Source of the DNA: Narcine bancroftii
Lineage: Eukaryota
DNA: 64,000 nt
Direction of reading: 5' to 3'
NCBI RefSeq assembly: GCF_036971445.1
Contig: NC_091477.1
Coordinates: forward strand, 10,850,001 to 10,914,000
Shown: positions 48,901 to 60,813 of the stretch, in pieces
How positions within the stretch are numbered: the stretch's first letter is position 1
Layout of the letters: every line of letters starts with the position of its first letter
Position numbers and translations under genes: made by a program
Notes under the pieces: model-generated
Databases searched by the model: none
Told to the model about the DNA's origin: nothing
What the model saw: the letters and a program-made list of their open reading frames with translations, nothing else

Positions 48901-50119
48901 GAAGAGCGGACAAGAGAATTTCAGAGAGACATCCTATGAAAAAGTGGATAGAGGTACCAAGGGTAAGAAATGGCTGGTAATGTGATTGTGCTACAGTTAG
49001 CAGAAATGTTGGGGGACAGTCTAATTGATATGTGTGCTTTGTGAGTATGTGTTCTTTTCTGAATTCCCCTGTGCTTAACTAAAGCCCACTGTTTGTTAAT
49101 AACACATGTACAGCCTCTAACATACAATCTCACTGACAGCTTTGACATCACAAAACATGGGTAGGGCCTCGCCAGCCATCAAAGGAGGATCTAAGAGTGG
49201 AGCCTGCTGCCATTGTCAAGGCAGTTCCTAAGCTGTTCATAATGCTGAGAACTGTGCCCTCAGAAGATGTTTGGATTGGCAACAACTTTGGAACAAACAG
49301 CCTGAGATATGGGATTTGGTCATTGATTCTGGGCTACTGGAATGTTGACCACAATGTCTTTGTTGAGTCAAAGACAGATCTATTTCCTCAAACTAACAAA
49401 ATAATAAATGATCCTGGGTGTATTTTATTGGTTACCAAGAGATGGAGTGCACAGGAAATTTGTGATGTAATCATTGAGAAATGTAAGAACAAACAAGTGA
49501 TAATGGAAGACTCCAATGACCTCGTGTTTGCCAAAGAAGATATTTCCAAAGCAATAGCACAACACAAGGAAATAGCCAGGAAATGGCATGAAATGAAAAC
49601 AGATACAAAGGGGGAAGAAATTAGCTTTATTTGCCTGCAAACTGGTTACTATTTTGCTAAAATTACAACAGGGATTGCTCTTAAAAATGTGCTTCATTCC
49701 TGAGTAAAGTATCCTTGAATAGACTGAGATTATGAAATGTGCTTCCTAATTACTAGTCTTTCATCCTTTAGAAAAGCAATTGTGACTGTTTTCTGGACTA
49801 ACGTTGTGGGTGATTTATTCTACCAATCAATGAGAATTGTATACACAAATATGTATATACTGCATACAGAGAGAGAGAGAGATGTTGTATTCCTCTCTGT
49901 TCTGCAATTCAAATTTTCCCAAGGCCTCTGATCTGATTTGCAAATCCTAAATGATTTGCTATCTCTCTCTGTCTCTCTCTCTAGGTATTTGTTCTATATA
50001 TATATAAAAAGAATTATAACCAACTATATTTATGTCAAACATGTACAGTATATATATCTATATAGATATATATCTATATATATCTATATAGATATATATA
50101 GATATATACTGTACATATA

Positions 50120-51235
50120 TTTCTTTGGCTTGGCTTCGCGGACGAAGATTTATGGAGGGGGGTAAAAGTCCACGTCAGCTGCAGGCTCGTTTGTGGCTGA
50201 CAAGTCCGATGCGGGACAGGCAGACACAGTTGCAGCGGCTGCAGGGGAAAATTGGTTGGTTGGGGCTGGGTGTTGGGTTTTTCCTCCTTTGCCTTTTGTC
50301 AGTGAGGTGGGCTCTGCGGTCTTCTTCAAAGGAGGTTGCTGCCCGCCAAACTGTGAGGCGCCAAGATGCACGGTTTGAGGCGATATCAGCCCACTGGCGG
50401 TGGTCAATGTGGCAGGCACCAAGAGATTTCTTTAGGCAGTCCTTGTACCTTTTCTTTGGTGCACCTCTGTCACGGTGGCCAGTGGAGAGCTCGCCATATA
50501 ACACGATCTTGGGAAGGCGATGGTCCTCCATTCTGGAGACGTGACCCACCCAGCGCAGCTGGATCTTCAGCAGCGTGGACTCGATGCTGTCGACCTCTGC
50601 CATCTCGAGTACTTCGACGTTAGGGATGAAAGCGTTCCAATGGATGTTGAGGATGGAGCAGAGACAACGCTGGTGGAAGCGTTCTAGGAGCCGTAGGTGA
50701 TGCCAGTAGAGGACCCATGATTCGGAGCCGAACAGGAGTGTGGGTATGACAACGGCTCTGTATACGCTTATCTTTGTGAGGTTTATCAGTTGGTTGTTTT
50801 TCCAGACTCTTCTGTGTAGTCTTCCAAAGGCACTATTTGCCTTGGCGATTCTGTTGTCTATCTCATTGTCGATCCTTGCATCTGATGAAATGGTGCAGCC
50901 GAGATAGGTAAACTGGTTGACCGTTTTGAGTTTTGTGTGCCCGATGGAGATGTGGGGGGGCTGGTAGTCATGGTGGGGAGCTGGTTGATGGAGGACCTCA
51001 GTTTTCTTCAGGCTGACTTCCAGGCCAAACATTTTGGCAGTTTCCGCAAAGCAGGACGTCAAACGCTGAAGAGCTGGCTCTGAATGGGCAACTAAAGCGG
51101 CATCGTCTGCAAAGAGTAGTTCACGGACAAGTTTCTCTTGTGTCTTGGTGTGAGCTTGCAGGACGCTGTTTATATCCGGTACCGCACGGATGGCAGTCTC
51201 TTCAATCTGAGGCGCCTGCAAGCTCACACCAAGAC
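50120..51235 (-). mobile_element. Young RTE LINE (RT C-half to 3' end) with an inverted 5' segment running into the gap
   Basis: Uninterrupted frame ELLFADDAALVAHSE...FTYLGCTIS...CLSRIGLVSHKRACS*. 51162-51235 carries upstream RTE sequence (VYIRYRTDGSLFNLRRLQAHTK) on the opposite strand. Confidence 0.92.
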
Positions 51236-51367
51236 NNNNNNNNNNNNNNNNNNNNNNNNNNNNNNNNNNNNNNNNNNNNNNNNNNNNNNNNNNNNNNNNN
51301 NNNNNNNNNNNNNNNNNNNNNNNNNNNNNNNNNNNNNNNNNNNNNNNNNNNNNNNNNNNNNNNNNNN
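51236..51367. other. Assembly gap (132 N)
   Basis: Run of N. Confidence 1.
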
Positions 51368-51550
51368 CACTGTATTACGGTAACTCGTCCCCCTCCAGGA
51401 TCCCTAATAAAGGTAGTATCGCCCAATCCCCTTCCTCAGTACTGCCTTGGAATCAGGTCAACAGCATTTAAGATATGACTATAAGATTATAGCAATTAAA
51501 GCCTATTATTCTCAACTTCTGATCTATTGGATCTAATTGATAGCGCTACA
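51368..51550 (+). mobile_element. 3' part of a probable Gypsy LTR
   Basis: Contains TATA-like and ATTAAA signals and ends ...tagcgctaCA. Confidence 0.45.
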
Positions 51551-52993
51551 ACTGTATACACAGAGAGAGAGATAGATGTTGTATTCCTCTCTGTTCTGAA
51601 ATTGAAAATTTCCCAAGGCCTCTGATTTGCTTTGCAAATCCTAAATTATTTGGTATATCTCTCTCTCTATATAGTTTTTTTTTATATATATCTACAAGTG
51701 TATATATATTTATATATATATCTATATATAGATATATACATATAATAAATAAAAGGTGAGTATTATAACTATCTATATCTATGTCAAACACACACACCTG
51801 TTTTTAGATAGATATAATGCTCACCTTACTTGGCTTGATCACACATGCTTTTATTAGCTTATAACTAAGGGTAGGGTTTTACAGTAGTCTTCAGAAGGGT
51901 TCTGAGTTATGTGAGCAGATGGGGGCAGAGCTGGGAGGTGGGGCCAGCCATCAGCAGAACACCCTACCAGTGAATCCCAATTCACTGCACATGCCCTAAG
52001 AATTTTGTTGACAGATAGTTCTCAATCTCACTTTTAATGTTAAGAGTTGATGGGGAAAAAAAATTACCATTTTTAATGTCCTTCTATTCTTTATTTGTGG
52101 AAACTATTCCTAACCACTCCTGAAAGATTGGATTCTAATTTTTAGATTATAATCATGCCTGTAAATTCACCAAAATGTGAAAATAATTTAGGGAAGAGTC
52201 AGGTTATCCACTACATTGTGAAAAGAAAAGCAGACTTTACATGGAATGAGACTGCAAAATGTTGCTGTACATGTGTTCTTGTACTTGATATTTGCATGCT
52301 ATTATCTTTTGCATAGAGTATGTAACCATAAATGCAAATGAATGTTGACCTTCATGGTTGAGGAATATACTATGAATGTAGAAAAATTTGACTGCATACA
52401 TACAGATGAAGGGCTCAAGCCCAAAATGTAGGTGATCCATCTTTACCTTTGCTACATAAAGGCACAGTTTGACCTGCTGAGTTTCTCCAGCATTTGTGTG
52501 TTTTTTCGCGTACATACAGGGCATTGATGCGAACACATCAGGAGAACTACTGCAAAGAAAGGGTGATGAGAGGAAAGGTGGCTGGTGGGGCTGAGTCCCC
52601 TGCCAGATCAGCCACAATCCTATTGAATAAGGAAGTAGAATCAACAGGCTAGATGTCCTACTCCTGCTCGTAATGTTCTTATGACTCTCGTTCTTCCCTT
52701 TAAGGAAAAACATACTTGCATTGGCAGCAGTTCAAAGATTTTACCAAATTGCCATTTTTTTCCATTCCAGTGATGTAATTACCATGTTATTATACCAAGT
52801 TTGAGGAAGTATGTTTTGTGCCAAATATGGATTTTGTTTCTTCCTTCCTTAGTGTGAATTATCAATGGGATTTGATGTTTGAAACAAGTCAATCTAAGGT
52901 TCTGATGTTCAGTGGCACAGGGGAAGCTTCAAGGATTTTTTGGCCCAGCATAGCACCAACTGGGATCTTCAGCAACTCAAAAGAAATGCAGAG

Positions 52994-53275
52994 AGCAGCA
53001 TGGTTGGCGTAGCAGTTAGCATAACACCTTTACAGCACCAGGTATCGGAACCGGGGTTCAAATCCTGCACTGTCTGTAAGGAGTTTAGACATTCTCCCCA
53101 TGTCTGCGTGGGTTTTCCCCGGAGGCTCCAGTTTCCCCCGGAAGCTCCGGTTTCCTCCCACCAATCAAAACGAATGGGGGGGGGGGTAGGTTAATTGGGT
53201 GTAAATGGGCGGCGCACACTTATGGGCTGAAATGGCCTGTTACCGTGGTGTATATTTAAATTTAAAAATTTAAAC
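52994..53275 (+). mobile_element. HE1/V-SINE
   Basis: Homologous to 25011-25290, with B-box ggttcaaatcc and the V-domain. Confidence 0.75.
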
Positions 53276-54081
53276 TTGACATCTCACCCTTCCTCGCTTA
53301 TAGAAAAAATGTGTATGAATGAAAGGGATCAAAATACACTATAAAATTCTATCCTTCATATTTCTAATAGTCTTGAATATTTTTTGAGGATCATGAATAC
53401 TATGAGAAAAGGATAAGATTTATTAAATGTATGCCATTGTTTATGGAAGTTTTAAAATAATAAATTTGTCAGATAATAGAAAACATGTTTAAAATTAATC
53501 TCTAAGATGCACTCTTTAATAGATTAAAAATGCTCACAACTGATATTCTTCTGAAAATTGGTGGTTGTCATGTTTGAGAAATATTTTGATTATGTGGTTG
53601 ATCATGGCAAAAATTGAGCCATTCAACTTCTCGATTTACGTAAAGCCTCTCAGCGACCAGAAACTACATTTTTTAAAATATTCTGTATAAATATATTACA
53701 TTTTCAGAGATCAATTCATCTCTTTTATCCTGTTATATCTCCTTAACAATATTCTTGATTTCATCATCAAATGTTTACCATGTACTTTAGATAATTCAAA
53801 ATAAAACCTTTTATTTTCATTTTCAGGGCTACTCTCTCATTTAAAAAAAAATGTTTATTGCCATACACATTGTACAATGCCTGAAATTCTTACTTGCTGT
53901 AGCCGAACAAGTACTTGTAAAGAAAAGCTATAATAGTAAACTAATTTAATTTAATTTAAAATTAAATAAATACATTAGATAATAAATATTCACAGTAATC
54001 CTGGTTCAAAGATGTGACTTGCAATATGCATGATTAGTGTACCAAGTGTAATAGACCTGTGTTAATATTAATATTTAGGTT

Positions 54082-54281
54082 CTTTCTTTGGCTTGGCTTC
54101 GTGGACGAAGATTTATGGAGGGGGTAAATGTCCACGTCAGCTGCAGGCTCGTTTGTGGCTGACAAGTCCGATGCGGGACAGGCAGACACAGTTGCAGCGG
54201 TTGCAGGGGAAAATTGGTTGGTTGGGGTTGGGTGTTGCGTTTTTCCTCCTTTGTCTTTTGTCAGTGTGGTGGGCTCACCTG
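54082..54281 (-). mobile_element. RTE LINE 3' fragment
   Basis: Same tail as the other RTE copies. 12-bp TSD aatatttaggtt at 54070-54081 and 54282-54293. Confidence 0.9.
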
Positions 54282-54322
54282 AATATTTAGGTTAATGTTA
54301 AGCTATATTTCATACAAAAATG

Positions 54323-54885
54323 TCAATAGACAATTGGTGCAGGAGTAGGCCATTCGGCCCTTCGACCCAGCAATGCCATTCACTGTGATCACGGCTGATC
54401 ATCCACAATCAGTACCCTGTTCCTGCCTTCTCCCCATATCCCTTGACTCTGTTCTCTTTAAGAGCTATCTCTAACTCTTTCTTGAAAGCATCCAGAGAAT
54501 TGGCCTCCTCTGTCTTCTGAGGCAGAGCATTCCACAGATCCACACTCTCTTGGTGAAAATGTTTTTCCTCAATTTCATTCTAAATGGCCTACCCCTTATT
54601 CTTAAACTGTGACCTCTAGTTCTGGACTCCCCCAACATTGGGAACATGTTTCCCGCCTCTAGCATGATCAATCCTTTAATAATCTTATACATTTCAATGA
54701 GATTCCCTCTCATCCTTCTCAGTTCCAGTGTATTCAAGCTCAGTTGCTCCAATCTTTCGACATATGACAGTCCCGCCAACCCGGGAATTAACCTCATGAG
54801 CCTACACTACACTCCCTCAATATCAAGAATATTCTTCCTCAAACCTGGAGACTAAAACTGCACTCAATACTCCAGGTGTGGTCTT
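54323..54885 (-). mobile_element. CR1 LINE 3' fragment
   Basis: Encodes RLIPGLAGLSYVERLEQLSLNTLELRRMRGNLIEMYKIIKG...ESRTRGHSLRIRGRPFR. Confidence 0.85.
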
Positions 54886-54889
54886 AGTA

Positions 54890-55900
54890 AAGTCATAGAG
54901 TTAAATGTATTTCTAATGAGGGAAATGTGGCTGGATACGGGGTCACACACTGGTCAGCACATTTACAGATACACCATTGAACTCAGAAAGAGTGTTCATT
55001 TTTGGAGATGCAGCATTTGAAAGACAGAGCTAATAGAACCGCAGTGGATTTTAATTGATTCAAGATTGATGGAATGTTTGCTTTATTAAAAACTGAAGTA
55101 TTTAAGTACTCAAATAAAAACTGTTGAAGGAGGCCATCCATTTTAAACAAAAACAGGTTTTGCTTATGGTCAACAGACTTTCCGGCATCGTAAAACCACT
55201 TAAGTCTCTTGGACTAAGATGAGGTCAGATGTTTTGATAGATGAAAGTGGCTTAGAAAAGGCAAAAGGTTTTGCAGAAATGAAACTAAAACTGTGGTTAT
55301 GACACATCACATGATGTCAGAGAAGTATATACTGAAGGCAGAGAGACATTTTGAATCAGAAGACAGAAGACTGAAGAGATTGAAGAAACACGGCCTCCTG
55401 GAAAGACAGGTTGGGGCAGTAATCTCTAGAAAGAGAAGGAAATGCTGTTCTGTGTTGTATCATCCTTATCAAAGGGGATACATAACGTAAGTAGCTTTTA
55501 AATAAGTAAGACCACTTCTTTTAAGAAAAGAAAGGCAGCCTCATTTATACCCAGAAGATAGTCAATCCTGTTTGAAGAATATTTCCCTGAAAAACAGCTC
55601 ATCAAGAAACTTGTGAACTTAAAGAGATCTGAAAATATAATGTTAAAAATGTCTTGGAGAAATGAGAAGTGAGATTGGACTGTGAATCAAATAACTTTTC
55701 TAAATTTACACACACATTACATACATGTGCATTTAGAAATAGAAGGGGGTTAAGTTAGGTTAGTTAAGTTAATAGATATAAGATAAAGTTTGATCCTGTT
55801 TTCGTTTAAAGATAATTAAAAGCAACTTTTGTTTAAGTAACCATTTGTCTTGGTGAATATCTATTGCTGCTGGGTTTTGGGGTCCTCTGGGCTCGTAACA
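54890..55900 (+). mobile_element. Probable solo LTR
   Basis: About 1 kb, with ATTAAA near the end and an LTR-type terminus gggtcctctgggctcgtaaCA. The left boundary is approximate. Confidence 0.45.
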
Positions 55901-56516
55901 TCATTCTCTATCTCAAGCATTAGCTTCCCAGGCACTGAAAAGCTTACAATATCTGCCCACTGGAGACATCTTATTTTTTTCCCCCTCACTATTCATATGT
56001 CATAAATGATACAAATTGTGTTAAGCCAGAACAGACTTAGTTATACTTATGATGACAGACCTGTCACCCTTTGAATTGGTGACATTGGTTACTAATTATT
56101 TCAGCATTCTAATGTGCCAGAATAGAGTGCTTTATTTGCCAGAGTACACATTCAGCATCCAGATGTACCACATAGCATTATCTCTACTGTCTGTAAGGCA
56201 GTGTGGATAGAACATCATAATTATTGGAGCAACGGGGCTACCAGACAGAAGTCTGAAAGTTTAATTCAGCAACGTTTAAATCACATCATAGCAAATGAAG
56301 AATATTGATTGAAGGAATTAAATAAGTCTGGAACTAAAGAATATAAAAAAGATTCAGAGATAATTTGAGAAAGAGAATAATTGTTGGCATTGCCAGAAAC
56401 ATTCATATCTTGTCAATCAACATTTGAAAAGGTTTGGTATACCTCAAACCTGAATATTTGCACAAACCTGAATTGTTTATATAGAGCCAGTATAATCTTG
56501 TGAATATGTGTCATTA

Positions 56517-56520
<4 letters not shown>

Positions 56521-56553
<33 letters not shown>

Positions 56554-59500
56554 TTTTATTTTTCACACCATAAATCACAATAGCCATGATATACACTTTT
56601 TCTTTTCCACACATTTACAGTGACTTTTTCTCCCTCCCCCCTCCCTCCTCCCAAGCCACCCCCCCATCCCTCCCCCCTCTCATCCATTTTAGTTATACAA
56701 TCTAGGTTGCATTAATTCAGTTAGACAATGTTGTCATTCAACAAAAATACACCAGAAATTCTACTGAGTCCATTTTTTTCTTCTCTTCTCCTTCCATCAA
56801 CTTAGGTAATGTTTGTTCCCGGTAGGTTTTCGCTATTGTATTTAATGTAAGGCTCCCATACTTGTTCGTATATTTCGATATTATTTCTTAAACTATATGT
56901 TATTTTTTCTAATGGAATACATTTATTCATTTCTATATACCATTGTTGTATTTTCAAATTATCTTCCAATTTCCAGGTTGACATAATACATTTTTTTGCT
57001 ACAGCTAGGGCTATCTTAACAAATCTTTTTTGTGCATCCTCCAAGTCAATTCCAAATTCTTTATTTTTTATGTTACTTAGGAGAAAGATCTCTGGATTCT
57101 TTGGTATATTGTTTTCTGTTATTTTATTTAATATCTGATTGAGATCATCCCAAAATTTTTCTACTCTCTCACATGTCCAGATTGCATGAATTGTTGTTCC
57201 CCTTTCTTTTTTACATCGAAAACATCTATCAGATACTGTTGGGTCCCATTTATTTAACTTTTGCGGTGTAATGTATAGTCTGTGTAACCAATTATATTGT
57301 ATCATACGCAGCCTCGTATTTATTGTATTTCTCATCGTTCCAGAGCATAACTTCTCCCATGTTTCCTTTTTTATCTTTATATTTAAATCTTGTTCCCATT
57401 TTTGTTTAGTTTTACCATTTGTTTCCTCATTTTCCTTTTCTTGCAGTTTAATATACATATTTTTTATAAATCTTTTGATTAACATTGTATCTGTAATCAC
57501 ATATTCAAGGTTACTTCCCTCTGGTAAACTCAAGTTGCTTCCTAATTTATCTTTCAAGTAGGATCTCAGTTGGTAATATGCCAGCGCTGTATCTCCCGTT
57601 ATATTGTACTTATCTCTCATTTGTTCAAAGGATAAGAATCTACTTCCTGAAAAACAATTTTCTATTCTTTTAATCCCTTTTTTTTCCCATTTTCTAAAGG
57701 CAAGGTTGTCTATTGTAAAAGGGAGTAGCTTATTTTGCGTCAATATTAGTTTTGGTATTTGGTAATTTATTTTATTTCTTTCTACATGTATCTTCTTCCA
57801 TATATTGAGGAGATGGTGTAATACTGGAGAAGTTCTATGTTGTACCAATTTTTCGTCCCATTTATATAATATGTGTTCAGGTATCTTTTCCCCTATTTTA
57901 TCTAATTCTAGTCTCGTCCAGTCTGGTTTTTCCCTTGTTTGATAAAAATCTGATAGGTACCTTAATTGTGCGGCTCTATAATAATTTTTGAAGTTTGGCA
58001 ATTGTAAGCCTCCTTGTTTATACCATTCTGTTAATTTGTCTAGTGCTATCCTCGGTTTCCCCCCTCTCCATAAAAATCTCCTTATTATTTTCTTTAACTC
58101 TTTGAAGAATTTTTCTGTCAGTTGTATTGGCAATGCCTGAAATAAGTATAGTATCCTTGGAAAAATGTTCATTTTAATACAGTTTATCCTTCCTATCAGT
58201 GTTAGTGGTAGCTCTTTCCAATGCTCTAAATCATCCTGTAGTTTTTTCATTAGTGGATTGTAATTGAGTTTATATAATTGGCCTAGATTTTTGTTTATTT
58301 GCACACCTAGGTATCTTATTGCCTGCGTTTGCCATCTGAATGGGGATTCCTCCTTAAATTTTGAGAAATCCGCGTTATTCATAGGCATTGCTTCACTTTT
58401 ATTTACGTTTATCTTGTATCCCGACACTTCTCCATATTCCTTCAATTTCTTATATAGTTCTTTTATTGATAGTTCTGGTTCTGTTAAGTACACTATCACA
58501 TCATCCGCAAACAGACTGATTTTATATTCCCTGTCTTTTATTTTTATTCCTTTTATATTATTATCTCTTCTTATCGATTCTGCTAGTGGTTCTATAGCTA
58601 GCGCAAACAATAATGGTGATAGTGGGCATCCCTGCCGCGTTGACCTGCTTAAGTTAAATTGCTTTGATACATGTCCATTTACTGTCACTTTCGCTAACGG
58701 TCCCTTATATAATGCTTTAATCCAATTAATATACTTCTCCGGTAAACTGAATTTTTGCAATACTTTGAACAAGTAATTCCATTCTACTCTGTCGAAGGCC
58801 TTCTCTGCGTCTAAAGCAACTGCTACTGCCGGTGCTTTATTTCCTTCTACTGCATGAATTAAGTTAATAAATTTACAAATATTGTCTGTTGTGCGTCTTT
58901 TTTTGATAAATCCAGTTTGGTCTAAATTTACCATTTTCGGTACCTGTTCTGCTAATCTGTTCGCTAATAGTTTAGCTATTATCTTATAATCTGTGTTTAG
59001 CAGAGATATTGGTCTATATGACGCTGGTGAGAGTGGATCTTTCCCTTGTTTTAGTATCACTGTAATTATTGCTGTTTTACATGAATCTGGTAAGTTTTGT
59101 GTCTCATCAATCTGGTTGATTACATCCAGGAGGGGCGGTATTATTAGGTCTTTAAATGTTTTGTAGAATTCTATTGGGAGTCCATCCTCTCCTGGTGTCT
59201 TATTATTTGGTAAATTTTTTATTATCTCTTGTATTTCTACTGTTCCAAATGGTTCTGTTAATTTATTTTGTTCCTCTATTTGTAGTTTTGGTAGTTCAAT
59301 TTTAGTCAAAAATTCATCTATTTTCCCTTCTTTCCCTTCGTTTTCGGTTCGGTATAATTGTTCATAGAATTCTCTGAAGTTTTCCTTAATTTCTTTTGGA
59401 TTATATGTAATTTGTTTGTCTTTTTTCCTTGTTGCCAATACCGTTTTCTTAGTTTGCTCTGTCTTAAGCTGCCATGCTAGGATTTTGTGTGTTTTTTCCC

Positions 59501-60813
59501 CTAGTTCATAATATTTCTGTTTTGTCTTCATTATATTCTTCTCCACCTTATATGTTTGTAATGTTTCATATTTTATTTTTTTATCCGCCAATTCTCTTCT
59601 TTTGGTTGTATCTTCCTTTATTGCTAATTTTTTTTCTATGTTTATTATTTCCCTTTCCAACTGCTCTGTTTCCTGATTATAGTCCTTCTTCATCTTGGTT
59701 GCATAACTTATTATTTGCCCTCTAATGAATGCTTTCATTGCGTCCCATAGTATAAACTTATCTTCCACTGATTCCGTATTTACTTCAAAGTACATTTTTA
59801 ATTGTTTTTCAATAAATTCTCTAAAATCCTGTCTTTTAAGTAGCATGGGGTTTAATCTCCATCTATACATTCTTGGAGGGATGTCTTCTAGCTCTATTGC
59901 CAATAACAGGGGTGAGTGGTCCGATAATAGTCTAGCTTTATATTCCGTTTTCCTAACTCTCCCTTGTATGTGGGCTGATAACAGGAATAGGTCTATCCTT
60001 GAGTATGTTTTATGTCTAGTCGAGTAGTATGAGTATTCCTTTTCTTTTGGGTTTTGTTTCCTCCATATGTCCACAAGTTTCATTTCTTGCATTGATTTAA
60101 TTATAAATTTGGTTACTTTGTTCTTCCTGTTAATTTTTTTCCCCGTTTTATCCATATTTGGATCCAAATTCAGATTGAAATCCCCTCCTATTAGTATGTT
60201 CCCTTGCGTATTAGCTACCTTCAAAAAGATATCTTGCATAAACTTTTGATCTTCTTCGTTAGGTGAATATATATTAAGTAGATTCCAAAGCTCTGAATAT
60301 ATCTGACATTTTATCATAACATATCTCCCTGCTGGATCTATTATTTCCTCTTCTATTTTAAATGGCACATTTTTGCTAATTAATATAGCCACTCCTCTTG
60401 CTTTTGAATTATACGATGCTGCTGTTACATGTCCTACCCAATCTCTCTTTAATTTCTTGTGCTCCAATTCAGTTAAATGTGTTTCTTGGACAAATGCTAT
60501 ATCTATTTTTTCCTTTTTCAGTAAATTTAGTAGTTTCTTCCTTTTAATTTGGTTATGTATTCCATTAATATTTAGAGTCATATAGTTCAGCGTAGCCATT
60601 TTATATTTTGTTTATCTTCTCTTTCCGTTTTTCCATCATTACCTTTCCTCCTTTTCCATTTCTGTTTTCTTATTTTCAACTCTTTACCAGACAACATTCC
60701 TACAACATCCAACATTTTCCTTATTCTCCTATTTCTATCTTCTTTATCCCCAATCTCCCCTTCCCCTCCTGAGTTGCCCTTTATCCCTTGTCGGACAACC
60801 ACATCTCCCCTCT
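56521..60813 (-). mobile_element. Recently inserted, 5'-truncated L1/Tx1 LINE
   Basis: Perfect 18-bp TSD AATATGTGTCATTATCTT (56503-56520 and 60814-60831), a poly-A tail of about 28 nt, and a G-rich 3'UTR. No ORF1. Confidence 0.95.
56802..60599 (-). CDS. Intact L1/Tx1 ORF2 (1265 aa): APE endonuclease, reverse transcriptase, C-terminal CCHC knuckle
   Basis: APE motifs NING, QETH, GGDFN, SRID, SDH; RT motifs [35 protein letters not shown]; knuckle CFRC...HAIWTC. No stops. Confidence 0.96.
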   Translation of the reverse strand: MATLNYMTLNINGIHNQIKRKKLLNLLKKEKIDIAFVQETHLTELEHKKLKRDWVGHVTAASYNSKARGVAILISKNVPFKIEEEIIDPAGRYVMIKCQIYSELWNLLNIYSPNEEDQKFMQDIFLKVANTQGNILIGGDFNLNLDPNMDKTGKKINRKNKVTKFIIKSMQEMKLVDIWRKQNPKEKEYSYYSTRHKTYSRIDLFLLSAHIQGRVRKTEYKARLLSDHSPLLLAIELEDIPPRMYRWRLNPMLLKRQDFREFIEKQLKMYFEVNTESVEDKFILWDAMKAFIRGQIISYATKMKKDYNQETEQLEREIINIEKKLAIKEDTTKRRELADKKIKYETLQTYKVEKNIMKTKQKYYELGEKTHKILAWQLKTEQTKKTVLATRKKDKQITYNPKEIKENFREFYEQLYRTENEGKEGKIDEFLTKIELPKLQIEEQNKLTEPFGTVEIQEIIKNLPNNKTPGEDGLPIEFYKTFKDLIIPPLLDVINQIDETQNLPDSCKTAIITVILKQGKDPLSPASYRPISLLNTDYKIIAKLLANRLAEQVPKMVNLDQTGFIKKRRTTDNICKFINLIHAVEGNKAPAVAVALDAEKAFDRVEWNYLFKVLQKFSLPEKYINWIKALYKGPLAKVTVNGHVSKQFNLSRSTRQGCPLSPLLFALAIEPLAESIRRDNNIKGIKIKDREYKISLFADDVIVYLTEPELSIKELYKKLKEYGEVSGYKINVNKSEAMPMNNADFSKFKEESPFRWQTQAIRYLGVQINKNLGQLYKLNYNPLMKKLQDDLEHWKELPLTLIGRINCIKMNIFPRILYLFQALPIQLTEKFFKELKKIIRRFLWRGGKPRIALDKLTEWYKQGGLQLPNFKNYYRAAQLRYLSDFYQTREKPDWTRLELDKIGEKIPEHILYKWDEKLVQHRTSPVLHHLLNIWKKIHVERNKINYQIPKLILTQNKLLPFTIDNLAFRKWEKKGIKRIENCFSGSRFLSFEQMRDKYNITGDTALAYYQLRSYLKDKLGSNLSLPEGSNLEYVITDTMLIKRFIKNMYIKLQEKENEETNGKTKQKWEQDLNIKIKKETWEKLCSGTMRNTINTRLRMIQYNWLHRLYITPQKLNKWDPTVSDRCFRCKKERGTTIHAIWTCERVEKFWDDLNQILNKITENNIPKNPEIFLLSNIKNKEFGIDLEDAQKRFVKIALAVAKKCIMSTWKLEDNLKIQQWYIEMNKCIPLEKITYSLRNNIEIYEQVWEPYIKYNSENLPGTNIT

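Noticed and set aside
49197-49703. 168-aa ORF as a novel gene
   Set aside because: It starts at GTG, has no recognisable domain, and includes a CR1 endonuclease-like relic (EICDVIIEKCKNKQVIMEDSN, compare ...VVMGDFN). Probably a chance ORF.
57271-60585. Plus-strand ORFs opposite the L1 ORF2
   Set aside because: Antisense shadow frames of the A-rich LINE ORF.
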